Virus record (IMG/VR): IMGVR_UViG_3300020048_006428 | Location: 32,001 to 96,000 of that record | DNA from: a virus | Taxonomy: Duplodnaviria; Heunggongvirae; Uroviricota; Caudoviricetes | Direction: 5' to 3' (one strand) | DNA: 64,000 nucleotides | Shown here: in pieces, positions 1 through 9,824 of the stretch | How the letters are laid out: each line of letters begins with the position of its first letter | Position numbering within the stretch: position 1 is the stretch's first letter | Made by a program: the position numbers and the translations under genes | Notes under the pieces: generated by a model | Told to the model about the DNA's origin: nothing | Databases searched by the model: none | The model's input: only the letters and a program-made list of their open reading frames with translations

Positions 1-280
1 AACAAGTTTCTTTTCTACTATTAACATAACATTCTTTTCTACCACAAGACTTTCTATATCCATTTTTAAAACCAATGAAACTTAAATGTTCACCACAATT
101 ACATAATTGTAATTCCGAATTATTCAATAAATACCATATTTTTTCAGGTATAGTTCTATCAACTATTTCAATTGGAATAGAATTATTAAGATAATCCAAG
201 TATTCCTTGTTTTTATTATTATTTAAGAAAGAAACAAATGATCCTATATTTTTAGATTTATTTAAAAAATAATCATACAT
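1..280 (-). CDS. 5' part of a Hef-like endonuclease family gene (runs off window start)
   Basis: Manual translation from ATG at 280: MYDYFLNK...EKIWYLLNN...LCNCGEHLSFIGFKNGYRKSCGRKEC...RKETC, the same N-terminal Zn-finger pattern as ORFs 17739, 56773 and 61015; not in the ORF track. Confidence 0.7.
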   Translation of the reverse strand, partial: MYDYFLNKSKNIGSFVSFLNNNKNKEYLDYLNNSIPIEIVDRTIPEKIWYLLNNSELQLCNCGEHLSFIGFKNGYRKSCGRKECYVNSRKETC

Positions 281-374
281 AACTATACTTTTATTGTTAT
301 ATATAAAAAGTTGGTGGTTTGTTTTTGAAAATATGTTTTTGAAAATTAATATATAATAAAAATTATACTAAATA

Positions 375-1133
375 ATGTATCAATTATCAATGACAGAATT
401 TATAGATTTTATCCAATCTGATGTTACAGTTGGTGGTGCTTTACCAAAAAATCTACCAGACCAATCAATTCAACAGTTTGTTGAAACAAGAGCAGCTAAA
501 TGGTTTTATCAAAATTATCAATATGCCGTTAGTAAGATGTATTATTTAGTTAATAAAGATGCTTTTAACACAGATGAATATACAAAATATAAACATATTG
601 AATTACCATGTGAAATACAATCAATTAGTTGGATTTATAAAATTATGAATACAAGTTTACTTCAATTGGGAATCAATGTTCCAAACCTTTCTGTTAATAT
701 GGGTGTGACAAATCAACCATATTTATCATCATATGTCACTACAATTGGTGAATTAGGTGTATATAAAACTGTTATAGACTCAATGGCTGATATGTTAAAT
801 CAGATGAATTTATATACAACTAAATTTCATTACAATCAATTGACTCATAGATTAAACATATTAACAAACTCCCAATATAATTTGATTCTAGAAGCATATG
901 TAAATATACCTTTAGAAAATTTATTAGCTGATCATTATTTCATAAAATATGTAACTGGATGGGCTAAGATGCAGCAAGGAAGAATGTTGGGACAATTTAA
1001 TTTCACTCTCCCAGGTGGAATTACCTATAACAGTACTGATTTGATAGCTGATGGTAAAGAAGAAATGCTTAAAGTTGAAGAAGAAATAAAAGCAATGAGT
1101 AATAGTTCATGGTTCATAATGATAAAAAGATAA
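375..1133 (+). CDS. Neck/head-tail connector protein, T4 gp13-like
   Basis: C-terminal KMQQGRMLGQFNFTLPGGITYN...DGKEEMLKVEEEI resembles the gp13 family; preceded by TAATATATA. Confidence 0.7.
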   Translation: MYQLSMTEFIDFIQSDVTVGGALPKNLPDQSIQQFVETRAAKWFYQNYQYAVSKMYYLVNKDAFNTDEYTKYKHIELPCEIQSISWIYKIMNTSLLQLGINVPNLSVNMGVTNQPYLSSYVTTIGELGVYKTVIDSMADMLNQMNLYTTKFHYNQLTHRLNILTNSQYNLILEAYVNIPLENLLADHYFIKYVTGWAKMQQGRMLGQFNFTLPGGITYNSTDLIADGKEEMLKVEEEIKAMSNSSWFIMIKR

Positions 1134-1149
1134 TCAAGTAAATAATAAT

Positions 1150-2322
1150 ATGCCAGCTAAATCAGAAAAACAATTAAAACTTATTTATACTATAAGAAAT
1201 AAGTATAAAAATAAAAAACACACACCTATTAAATGGCAATGGGTTTGGGGTGAAGAATGGGGTCATATGGAAGAAAATAAAATAATAGGATTTACTGATT
1301 ATCTAATTAAAGAAAAGATAAAGGAATTAGTGGATTTATATAGTAGAGTTGATGAATCAAGTAATAATTCTTTTTATAAAAAATTAGCTGATTTAGTTAA
1401 ATCGTTATCTAAGATGGGTAATAATAAGATGATTAATAGATTAAAATCTATTATGTCAATATTAAAATGGAATAAAAAAGTTTCTATTTTTCTATGTGGT
1501 TTATTGATGTTTGGTTGTGGATTTTCATATAATCAGATATCAGATATATTTGGTGATGATACCGAAGAAATTGTCACACAATCTAAAACAGTTGATTATG
1601 AAAAAATGGTTGATGAATATTATGGTAAGGATTTAGAAAAGGATCCAAATTATCATACTTATAAAATGATGTCACATACTGATCAAAATTTAAATGATGT
1701 AATTGAAAAGGATTCAATCTTAGCAAAATCTAAAGAATCTACAAAAAAGATAGATAAAGATGTAAAAGAGTTTAAAAATATTCAATATGATGAAACAAAG
1801 AAACTTGGGAAAAAGATAAAGGGTTTACCTATTAATTTTGATATTGTTCCAAGTAGTGATAATGTGTTTAGGTCAAATCAACCTAAATTAGACCAATTAA
1901 GGAATTTGTTGGAAACATATGATATAGATGTTGTTATAAGAATGAATGCAGAAGAAAAGACTGGTGTTACAATTGAACAAGAAAAGGAATTAGTTGAAAG
2001 TATGGGTAAGAAATTCTTATTTATAAATGCGCATGAAGGTTATGTTAAGGGAAAAGGTTATGTTAAATCATTAGATAAGATACAACCATATTTACGTAAA
2101 GGAAAGGTATTAATTCATTGTACACAAGGTGCAGATAGAACTGGTTATCAGATAGGTAAATTTATTCAAGATAATTTAAAATGGAATAGAAAAAAGTTGT
2201 GGGATTATACAGTAAGGTATAATAGTTGGGAATTATATATCGCTAAGAATAAGAATCCAGAATATATAAAATATATGGAAGCATTTTATCCTTGGGAAAA
2301 ATGGATTAGAGATAATAAATAA
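1150..2322 (+). CDS. Cys-based protein tyrosine/dual-specificity phosphatase-family protein with N-terminal extension and hydrophobic segment
   Basis: P-loop IHCTQGADRTG (HCxxGxxR), upstream FRSNQP; N-terminal MPAKSEKQ motif. Confidence 0.75.
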   Translation: MPAKSEKQLKLIYTIRNKYKNKKHTPIKWQWVWGEEWGHMEENKIIGFTDYLIKEKIKELVDLYSRVDESSNNSFYKKLADLVKSLSKMGNNKMINRLKSIMSILKWNKKVSIFLCGLLMFGCGFSYNQISDIFGDDTEEIVTQSKTVDYEKMVDEYYGKDLEKDPNYHTYKMMSHTDQNLNDVIEKDSILAKSKESTKKIDKDVKEFKNIQYDETKKLGKKIKGLPINFDIVPSSDNVFRSNQPKLDQLRNLLETYDIDVVIRMNAEEKTGVTIEQEKELVESMGKKFLFINAHEGYVKGKGYVKSLDKIQPYLRKGKVLIHCTQGADRTGYQIGKFIQDNLKWNRKKLWDYTVRYNSWELYIAKNKNPEYIKYMEAFYPWEKWIRDNK

Positions 2323-2336
2323 TAAAATAAAAAATT

Positions 2337-2831
2337 ATGAAACACTTAAAACTATTTGAAAACTTCAATAATGAAAAAGATATTATAAAAATAGCAGATT
2401 TAATAAATGGTTTAGATTTGGATTTGGCTATAATTTTATGTGATTCACAAAATATTGATATAAGACAAGCTGTAAGATATTTAATAGAATCAATTAAGAT
2501 TAATGATGTTAATGTTGCTAAAGAATATAGAAATAAAGCAAAATCACTTGGGGAAAATTACGCAGAAGTATTATTCAAAAGAAGAATTTATGATATTGAT
2601 ATTGATGTTTATGTAACTAAGGATATTTCTTATGAGCAAGATGCGAATTATGATGAAGATACAGTAATATATTTTGTTCATTTTGAATATAATGGTGAAG
2701 ATATCAATGGTGAATATGAATTTTCAACTGATGATACTTATGATATTATTATAAATTATAATAAATTTATTGAAAAGTATATATATCCAGATTTTATGTA
2801 TTTTATAGAATACAAAAAAGAAGATTTATAA
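2337..2831 (+). CDS. Hypothetical protein with MKHLKLFENF leader; paralog of 3601
   Basis: First ~40 aa nearly identical to ORF 3601. Confidence 0.7.
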   Translation: MKHLKLFENFNNEKDIIKIADLINGLDLDLAIILCDSQNIDIRQAVRYLIESIKINDVNVAKEYRNKAKSLGENYAEVLFKRRIYDIDIDVYVTKDISYEQDANYDEDTVIYFVHFEYNGEDINGEYEFSTDDTYDIIINYNKFIEKYIYPDFMYFIEYKKEDL

Positions 2832-2836
2832 AATAT

Positions 2837-3604
2837 ATGAAATACTTAAAACTTTTTGAAAACTTTAGTATGTCACATATACGTGAAATATGTGAATATT
2901 ATGATATTACAGACTATTCAATAAATCCTGATGGTTCTATTGATGTAATTGGTAATGTTAATTTTTCAAATGGTAGACTAACTGAAATACCAATAAAATT
3001 TAATAAAGTAGATGGTAATTTTAATTTTTCAAATAATAGATTAACTACTTTGGAAGGTTGTCCAAAAGAAGTTAGTGGCTATTTTAACGTTTTTAAAAAT
3101 AGCTTAACTACTTTAGAAGGTTGTCCAAAATACATTGGAAGTCATTTTTCGTGTAATCATAATAATTTAACATCCTTAGAAAATGGACCAAAATTTGTTG
3201 GTGAAACTTTTAATTGTTCAAATAACAATATTAAAAGTTTAAAAGGATTTGAAACTATTTTAAATGGATCTTTTGTTATTTCTAATAATAACTTAGAAAG
3301 CCTTGTTGATTGTCCAAATATAAGAGGTTCTCTTCATATACAAGAAAATAAACTAACTACGTTAGAAGGACTTCCAGAAGTTCATAAAGGTATACTTTGT
3401 TTTGGAAATCCAATATATGAAATATTTTCTTTGTTTTATAATGATATTAAGATTTATTTAGATTATCAAGAAACATATAATTTTGTTAGAAAGGATTGTA
3501 GAGTAGTTAAATATTTATTAGAAGAAGTTATAAAAGATTATAATGAATATTATAATAAATCAGTAGAATTACCAAAAAAAATTATAGGATATACTTATAT
3601 ATGA
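2837..3604 (+). CDS. Leucine-rich repeat protein with MKYLKLFENF leader
   Basis: ~22-aa repeats GxFxxSxNxLTTLEGCPxxV; N-cap INPDGSIDV and C-cap YLDYQETYNF...GYTYI. Confidence 0.85.
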   Translation: MKYLKLFENFSMSHIREICEYYDITDYSINPDGSIDVIGNVNFSNGRLTEIPIKFNKVDGNFNFSNNRLTTLEGCPKEVSGYFNVFKNSLTTLEGCPKYIGSHFSCNHNNLTSLENGPKFVGETFNCSNNNIKSLKGFETILNGSFVISNNNLESLVDCPNIRGSLHIQENKLTTLEGLPEVHKGILCFGNPIYEIFSLFYNDIKIYLDYQETYNFVRKDCRVVKYLLEEVIKDYNEYYNKSVELPKKIIGYTYI

Positions 3605-4134
3605 AATACTTAAAACTTTTTGAAAACTTCAATCTAAATGAAGATATTATAAAAATAGCTAATCTAATAAATGGTTTAGATTTAGATTTGGCTATAATAC
3701 TAAGCGAAACGCAAAATATTAATATGGATTATGTCATAGACTATTTGATAAGTCTTGTTTTAATACCTGATAGTAAATATCAAGAATTTTGTGATTTTTT
3801 AGAAGAAATTACATATGCAGATGATGCAAAAACTTTATATGAAGCTAAAGTTTATAATTTAGATATAGAAATAACCGCAATTAGAGAATCATATGAAGAT
3901 GATTCATTGGACTTTGATGATGAAGATGATTCATTGGACTTTGATGCAGAAGACTTTTGTATTGAAATAAGAATTAGTTCACCCGAAATATATTATGAAA
4001 CTCTATTATATCCAAGAAATATTTCTACTGGTGTTAAAGATATAATATCTTTATTTAATGAAGTAGTAACTGATATTATTTCACAAACTATGAATGAAAT
4101 CATTGAAAAAAGAAAAGAATCCTTAGAATATTAA
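3601..4134 (+). CDS. Acidic hypothetical protein with MKYLKLFENF leader
   Basis: ATGA overlap with the upstream gene; N-terminus shared with 2337; internal EDDSLDFD duplication. Confidence 0.7.
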   Translation: MKYLKLFENFNLNEDIIKIANLINGLDLDLAIILSETQNINMDYVIDYLISLVLIPDSKYQEFCDFLEEITYADDAKTLYEAKVYNLDIEITAIRESYEDDSLDFDDEDDSLDFDAEDFCIEIRISSPEIYYETLLYPRNISTGVKDIISLFNEVVTDIISQTMNEIIEKRKESLEY

Positions 4135-4149
4135 TCTAAGGATTCTTTT
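4113..4149. terminator. Bidirectional intrinsic terminator
   Basis: AAAAGAATCCTTAGA-n7-TCTAAGGATTCTTTT between convergent genes. Confidence 0.75.
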
Positions 4150-5103
4150 TTATTTAGTTAAAAACCATTCAACACTATTAAGACATTCTAAATCTTTTCC
4201 GCCACCATATGAAATAGAACTCTGTAAACATTCTTCTAAATAAACCAATTCTTCTAAAATTGTTTTATCTTTTAATTCTATTAAATTTCTTTCACCTTCA
4301 ATCCTATTCTTTTTACCGGATTGAAATGCAGAAGCACTGCCCCAATATTCTTTGTATTTTTTACCATCAGAAGCATTTATTACACAACCAGGGGAATCTT
4401 TAAACCCAGATAACATACCACCAACCATAACCATTGAAGCACCTAAAACAATAGATTTTGAAATATCACCTGGTTCTCTTATTCCACCATCTGCTATTAT
4501 TGGCAATTTAGAAGCAATTGCACATTCATATATTGTTGCTGCTTGGCAATTTCTACTACCATATCCAGTTGCCGGATAAGTCGTACAAGAAAATCCTGGA
4601 GCCACACCAACTTTCAGGGCATCTGCTCCCCAATTTGTAAGGTCTTCAACTGCTTCAACTGTTGATATATTACCTGCTATTTTGAATGTATTTGGTAATT
4701 TATCATTTAGATAAGCCAACATCTTTTCCATTTTTATAGAATGTCCGTGAGCAATATCAATAGTTACATAGTCAAGATTAAGATTATTTAATAAAATATC
4801 ATCAATTAATTGATAAGAATCTTCATTTACTCCAATTGATATAGATGATATTAGATTAAGACTATTCATTTTTTTAATAAATTGTAGTTGATCTACATCA
4901 AATCTATGTAATATATAGAAATAACCATTTTTTGCTAATTCAATAGCTAATTCTTCGTTTATAACACATTCCATATTAGCAGGGATGACTGGGATATTAA
5001 ATATGTGTTTTCCAAATTTAGTAGATGTGTTGCATTCTGAACGAGATTCAACAATACATTTTTTTGGTTTTAGATTTATGGTATTAAAATCAAATTTTTT
5101 CAT
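4150..5103 (-). CDS. guaC: GMP reductase
   Basis: PVIPANM, TIDIAHGHS, KVGVAPGFSCTT, PIIADGGIR, LQSSISYGGG; 317 aa without CBS domains. Confidence 0.92.
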   Translation of the reverse strand: MKKFDFNTINLKPKKCIVESRSECNTSTKFGKHIFNIPVIPANMECVINEELAIELAKNGYFYILHRFDVDQLQFIKKMNSLNLISSISIGVNEDSYQLIDDILLNNLNLDYVTIDIAHGHSIKMEKMLAYLNDKLPNTFKIAGNISTVEAVEDLTNWGADALKVGVAPGFSCTTYPATGYGSRNCQAATIYECAIASKLPIIADGGIREPGDISKSIVLGASMVMVGGMLSGFKDSPGCVINASDGKKYKEYWGSASAFQSGKKNRIEGERNLIELKDKTILEELVYLEECLQSSISYGGGKDLECLNSVEWFLTK

Positions 5104-5106
5104 TTT

Positions 5107-5412
5107 TTAGTAGAATGAATATTTTTTATCACTATCAATAATACAATAATTGTTTATTGGATATAAATTAATAACTTCTGAATTTTCATCAACAACACAT
5201 CTCATAGAACCATCTATTAAGTCATTTTGAATTTTAACAGTCATATTATTCAATCCTTTAAATACTGTGAAAAGGGAATCATTTATATCTATTTTAAGAT
5301 ATGATTTCTTTCCAATTAATTTACCATTGTTGTTTTGTTCAAAATAAGATTGAAGAATTACATTTTCCAATTCTTCTGTTTGTTTAAAGTCAATTTTAAG
5401 TTCGTACTTCAT
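5107..5412 (-). CDS. Hypothetical protein
   Basis: ORF co-oriented with guaC, behind an AAAC-N17-TATAAC element. Confidence 0.6.
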   Translation of the reverse strand: MKYELKIDFKQTEELENVILQSYFEQNNNGKLIGKKSYLKIDINDSLFTVFKGLNNMTVKIQNDLIDGSMRCVVDENSEVINLYPINNYCIIDSDKKYSFY

Positions 5413-5486
5413 TTTTTAAAAAGTTTGTTTAATAATTAATTTACTAATGTTATATTTAAGATTTTTATAAAGTTTAATTTTTATGT

Positions 5487-5669
5487 TTATCTTAAAAAGA
5501 TAAACATAAAAACAATCCACAAAATTGGACCAACAATTCTACTATATAACAGTTTTATATTATTTAAATTATTAATATAAAAAATATTTAAATGTATATA
5601 AAACAACAACATCATAAAAACAATTGATAATGCAAAAGAAAAAGCGATTAAGATTAATATGTAAGTCAT
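5487..5669 (-). CDS. Small membrane protein
   Basis: Two hydrophobic stretches in 60 aa. Confidence 0.45.
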   Translation of the reverse strand: MTYILILIAFSFALSIVFMMLLFYIHLNIFYINNLNNIKLLYSRIVGPILWIVFMFIFLR

Positions 5670-5778
5670 ACTTATGTTTAAATTTAGTAAGTGAATAACT
5701 ATATAACTATATAGTTATTCAAAAAGTTCATTTTTTCATTTTTTTCATTTAATATATAAAGAAAAAAGAAAAATAAGT

Positions 5779-6726
5779 ATGAATTACAACAGATTAGTAT
5801 CAAAAATTGAACAAATTACAAATGAAGTTTATTTTTTAAATGAATCATTGGATATGTATGATAGACGTTCTCTTATTATGGGATTTGAAGATGGTATGAA
5901 TGAGGAAAGATCTTGGGCTGAATGGGCAGGTGGTGGTGTAGCTTGGCTACAAAAGAAAGCCGCAAATGTTGTTGGTCAAGTTAAACAAGGCTTGAACTAT
6001 GCTATTGAAAAGGGAAACGAATATTATGAAAGGGGGAAAGAATTAGCTGGTGAAGCTTGGGATTCCATAAAAAAATTTAGTGCTGATGTTTTAAATGGAT
6101 TAACAACCGCATATAAAAGTGCATTAGATACAATACAATCTGGATATAACAAATTTATATCTATGATGTCAAATGCATATACAACTGCATCAGAAGCCAT
6201 TAAATCAGCTTATAATAAACTTAAAGAAAAGGGTGAAGCATTTGTTAATGCATGTAAATCTATTTATCAAAAAGTTATTGAAAATAGCATTTTGGCATAC
6301 CAAGCAACAAAAGAAAAATTTATATCTATGGGTAATGGGTTCACAAAATGGATTAATAATAATGCTGATAGTATAAAAAAACAAGCAGAAGAAGCTAAAA
6401 CATCAACTGTTGCTGGTATTTCTAAATTAGGTGAAATGGTAAGTAATGCTATGACAAAAACTGGCGAGTTTGTAAGTAATGCTATGACAAAAACTGGCGA
6501 AGTTGCTAGTAAAGTAGCAATGATTGCCCTTTTTGTTATTGTTTGGCCAATAAAAACACTTATAAATGGTATAAAATCTATTCCATTAGTATATGATAGT
6601 GCAGTTGATGCTGTTTCTAAATTTGTGGAATCAACTATTAGTGATTTTAAGAAAGGACATACTGATGAAATGGGTAAGAACGAATCTTTAAAATATATTA
6701 TATCTTTTAATAACTTTAACAACTAA
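5779..6726 (+). CDS. Helical repeat protein (apolipoprotein-like 11-mers), probable virion protein
   Basis: Amphipathic 11-aa periodicity, duplicated VSNAMTKTGE, late promoter motif upstream, C-terminal LKYIISFNNF. Confidence 0.6.
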   Translation: MNYNRLVSKIEQITNEVYFLNESLDMYDRRSLIMGFEDGMNEERSWAEWAGGGVAWLQKKAANVVGQVKQGLNYAIEKGNEYYERGKELAGEAWDSIKKFSADVLNGLTTAYKSALDTIQSGYNKFISMMSNAYTTASEAIKSAYNKLKEKGEAFVNACKSIYQKVIENSILAYQATKEKFISMGNGFTKWINNNADSIKKQAEEAKTSTVAGISKLGEMVSNAMTKTGEFVSNAMTKTGEVASKVAMIALFVIVWPIKTLINGIKSIPLVYDSAVDAVSKFVESTISDFKKGHTDEMGKNESLKYIISFNNFNN

Positions 6727-6741
6727 AAGAAAAATAACAAA

Positions 6742-6798
6742 TAACAACTAAAAGAAAAATAACCACTTTAAAAGTGGTTATTTTTCTTTTAGTTGTTA
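6742..6798. terminator. Long perfect inverted repeat / bidirectional terminator
   Basis: 28-bp arms TAACAACTAAAAGAAAAATAACCACTTT-A-reverse complement. Confidence 0.75.
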
Positions 6799-6813
6799 AA
6801 GTTTAAAAAAAAT

Positions 6814-6890
6814 GAAAACTCAGAGTAGCGAATTCTGAGTTTTCTATAGACACCTGTGTTTCGGTGTAACTATAATGGTCCTAAGCCATT
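6814..6890 (-). ncRNA. Candidate structured RNA with complementarity to 23S rRNA H69-H71
   Basis: Three adjacent hairpins; 6866-6885 matches E. coli 23S nt 1910-1929 at 19/20 and 6825-6832 matches nt 1930-1937; last hairpin followed by a U-tract on the minus strand. Confidence 0.6.
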
Positions 6891-7190
6891 TTAATCTTTA
6901 TTTGGTATCCAAAGTTCTTTATCATCTTTATTTGGCATCCAAGTAATATCTTTTTGATATTCTTTTATCAAATTTTTAATCTTATCCTTTTTCCAAAATT
7001 GCCACCATTTTTTATTGGTTATTTTTCCAACTGGTATTATATAAACTATAATATAATTATTTAATTCCGTGAAATCTACTTTTGTTAAGTTATCATTTTC
7101 TATTTTATATAGAAATCCATCTATTATTCTAAAGACCTTATTATCTAATTCATCATAGTATATATTGTCAATACATTTTAATTTTTCCAT
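6891..7190 (-). CDS. Hypothetical protein with KKWWQFWK motif
   Basis: ORF with its own AAAC-N17-TATAAT element; immediately upstream of the candidate ncRNA. Confidence 0.6.
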   Translation of the reverse strand: MEKLKCIDNIYYDELDNKVFRIIDGFLYKIENDNLTKVDFTELNNYIIVYIIPVGKITNKKWWQFWKKDKIKNLIKEYQKDITWMPNKDDKELWIPNKD

Positions 7191-7219
7191 ATTTATTATA
7201 TTTATAAATTTAATAAAGT

Positions 7220-8074
7220 TTATTTTAAAAAATAATTATATTTTTCATATGTCATTATTATAGAACTTAAATTCATTATTACTTTCTTACTTTCTAATTT
7301 ATTTAGTTTATTATCATTTATTTTATTTACAATTAAAGCTGGTCTATATTCTTCAATATCTTCTTTAATTACATCCCTTAATCCATTTTCTGTTTTTGAA
7401 ACCATTACTTCCAAAATAGAATTTAATTCATCAATTACTTTTAATGTATCAAAATCATTATTGTAATAACTTATTTGATCATATCTTGTTATTTCTTCGT
7501 TTATAAATTTATCACCTTGTGATTTATAGCCAACTAAATGCTGAATTAATAATCTTATCTTTTTAAATCTTGTTTGATCTATATCTTGTGCATATAATGT
7601 TTCATTTATATAATAAAAATTTTTAATTAAAATACCATCTTCTTTTAATTTTTCTTTTAATTTTTCGATTATGGTTTCATAATTTCTTTTTGTTTGTTTT
7701 GAACATATAATATAAATATCTTCAACTTTATTTTTTAAGTCTAAAATTGTATTAAGATTTAATTCAAAATCCATTTCATCAATTATACTTTTATTGTAAA
7801 ATTCTTGTAATGATATAGCCAAATTACCAAAGTTAGCTTTATATGTTTTAGCTTTAATTTTAATTTTATTATATAAATCTGTTGGTAGCCAAAATGTCCT
7901 ACCATTAAACTCCATTTTATTATTTTGTTTTCTATAAATTCCATTTTCAATTAAATTGAAATCCGATTTGGATATTTTCATAATAGGTATAGTTGGATTG
8001 TCTTTATCAACAATCCAAGCCTTATTATTAATTTCTATTAAAGAATCTATATCAAAGAAATGTGCTTTATTCAT
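7220..8074 (-). CDS. Hypothetical protein, possibly degenerate HAD-like fold
   Basis: N-terminal HFFDID; late promoter motif upstream. Confidence 0.55.
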   Translation of the reverse strand: MNKAHFFDIDSLIEINNKAWIVDKDNPTIPIMKISKSDFNLIENGIYRKQNNKMEFNGRTFWLPTDLYNKIKIKAKTYKANFGNLAISLQEFYNKSIIDEMDFELNLNTILDLKNKVEDIYIICSKQTKRNYETIIEKLKEKLKEDGILIKNFYYINETLYAQDIDQTRFKKIRLLIQHLVGYKSQGDKFINEEITRYDQISYYNNDFDTLKVIDELNSILEVMVSKTENGLRDVIKEDIEEYRPALIVNKINDNKLNKLESKKVIMNLSSIIMTYEKYNYFLK

Positions 8075-8122
8075 ATTGTATATATTAAAAAAACCAACTA
8101 AATATTAGTTGGTTTTTAATTT

Positions 8123-8986
8123 TTATTTTATATCTGAAACTTTTGCGATTATTTCACTTTTTTTCTTTTTAATATCAGCTTTTCCATCATCAGTTTTTCC
8201 AAAACCATATTCATCACCATTTATTTCTTCAATAGACTTAACTGCTACTGTTTCGCTATCATCTTTTTTATCTTTAGCTATCTTTCTTTTTTCATCATCA
8301 CTTAGTTTATTCCAATCATCTTTAGTCTTATCTTTTCTAAGATAAATAACTTCATCCCCCACTTCATATTTAACTTCTTTCTTAGTAGTTAATACATTGT
8401 TTAATTTTGCTTGTAATTGTTTATTTGCTGTATCTCTTGCCTTAATAACTTGTGGTAATACAGATTTATCACCAGCATCTTCTAATGCCTTAATTTTTGC
8501 GTTTAAAACATCTAAATTAAATTGATCCTTTTTAGTATCTATTAATAATTTTAATTGTGGATTTTTTTCTTCACCGCCAAATTTAACTAATATTCTATCA
8601 AAATCTTTCATTGCCATTTTAAAATAAGTGTCTATTATTTGATCTATTAATTTCTTCTTTTCTTTTAATGTTTCCGCATCAATTTTAGTATCCCCATCTT
8701 CAATCTCATCAGCTTCAACTATTAAAGACTCTTTTAATGAAGATGATGCAAAAAGATTTAATTCTATATTAGCTTTCTTTTTAATTTCTTCTGCTATTTT
8801 CTTTTTCCATTCATTATATTTATTTTCTAATTCTTTAGCACCTTTTATACCAGCTAATTTAGACCACATATTTTTAAAAAACTTTCCGATTCCAAATATT
8901 TCTTCATTCATTGGCTCATAAGTGCGAGATTTGCACTTCCTTTCAGAAAAATATTTGAAATTTTCAAATGTTCTTATATATTTCAT
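8123..8986 (-). CDS. Lys-rich helical protein with MKYIRTFENF leader
   Basis: Leader motif, late promoter motif, downstream hairpin near 8089-8117. Confidence 0.65.
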   Translation of the reverse strand: MKYIRTFENFKYFSERKCKSRTYEPMNEEIFGIGKFFKNMWSKLAGIKGAKELENKYNEWKKKIAEEIKKKANIELNLFASSSLKESLIVEADEIEDGDTKIDAETLKEKKKLIDQIIDTYFKMAMKDFDRILVKFGGEEKNPQLKLLIDTKKDQFNLDVLNAKIKALEDAGDKSVLPQVIKARDTANKQLQAKLNNVLTTKKEVKYEVGDEVIYLRKDKTKDDWNKLSDDEKRKIAKDKKDDSETVAVKSIEEINGDEYGFGKTDDGKADIKKKKSEIIAKVSDIK

Positions 8987-9056
8987 ATTATTTTTTATTT
9001 TTATATATTAAATTATAAAAATAAAAAGCAGTCATTAAAAATGACTGCTTTTAAAA

Positions 9057-9509
9057 TTATCTAATAAAATCTTTACTAAGTGCAAATTCGTATAATGTAG
9101 GTAAATTTAAATATCTAATAAATCCATCTTTTATATCTTTATATGTTTTTGCTTTTTTAATAATTGACATAACCATATATCCAAATTCTTCCTGGTATTC
9201 ATATTCACAATTTGACCAAGATTTGCAATAATTATGTAAAGTTATCCATTCATAATCACCACCTGAAAGCCAATATAATGCCTTTCTTGGCTCTATATTT
9301 TCTATACCATCAGTTATATTCATTTTCCAAATAGAGTCTTCAGAATCCGAAGTTTTCATCATAATAGCTACTGCTTCTGCCAAATCTGTTGTAATAGAAT
9401 TACCGACTTCAAATAAATTCTCACCATTTGGTTGTCTGTTAATTTTAACAATATTATCTTCATTTAATAGTTTAATATTGTTTTGCTTGGTGTTACGTTT
9501 TTTTCCCAT
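9057..9509 (-). CDS. Hypothetical protein
   Basis: ORF followed by hairpin 9024-9052. Confidence 0.6.
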   Translation of the reverse strand: MGKKRNTKQNNIKLLNEDNIVKINRQPNGENLFEVGNSITTDLAEAVAIMMKTSDSEDSIWKMNITDGIENIEPRKALYWLSGGDYEWITLHNYCKSWSNCEYEYQEEFGYMVMSIIKKAKTYKDIKDGFIRYLNLPTLYEFALSKDFIR

Positions 9510-9539
9510 ACGAAGAATAATTAATTTTTTTCAATCTTT

Positions 9540-9824
9540 TTAAATAAGATTTAAACCACTCACAAATTTTCCATGAAATTGACCACCTTCCAAAATGCCA
9601 TTTTCAAAAGTGCCATGGAATTTACCACCTTTAAATATACCATAATGCCAATTACCTAAGTAATAACCATCATACCAAATTAAAGTATTATTCTTTATTT
9701 CTATTTTAGCATCCTCAATTTCTGATTCGAGAAACCAGAACATTTTTTCTTTTTCTAAGATTGCATTTATTTTATTGTTATTAGTAATAATATCACCATT
9801 ATATTTAAGTTCCAAAAATCTCAT
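9540..9824 (-). CDS. Hypothetical protein with G-x-F-x-G pentapeptide-like repeats
   Basis: WHYGIFKGGKFHGTFENGILEGGQFHGKF. Confidence 0.6.
   Translation of the reverse strand: MRFLELKYNGDIITNNNKINAILEKEKMFWFLESEIEDAKIEIKNNTLIWYDGYYLGNWHYGIFKGGKFHGTFENGILEGGQFHGKFVSGLNLI

Noticed and set aside
6825-6885. rRNA gene or engineered I-CeuI cloning site
   Set aside because: Only about 30 nt match, the halves are in swapped order and embedded in native hairpins; no intact site or vector sequence.
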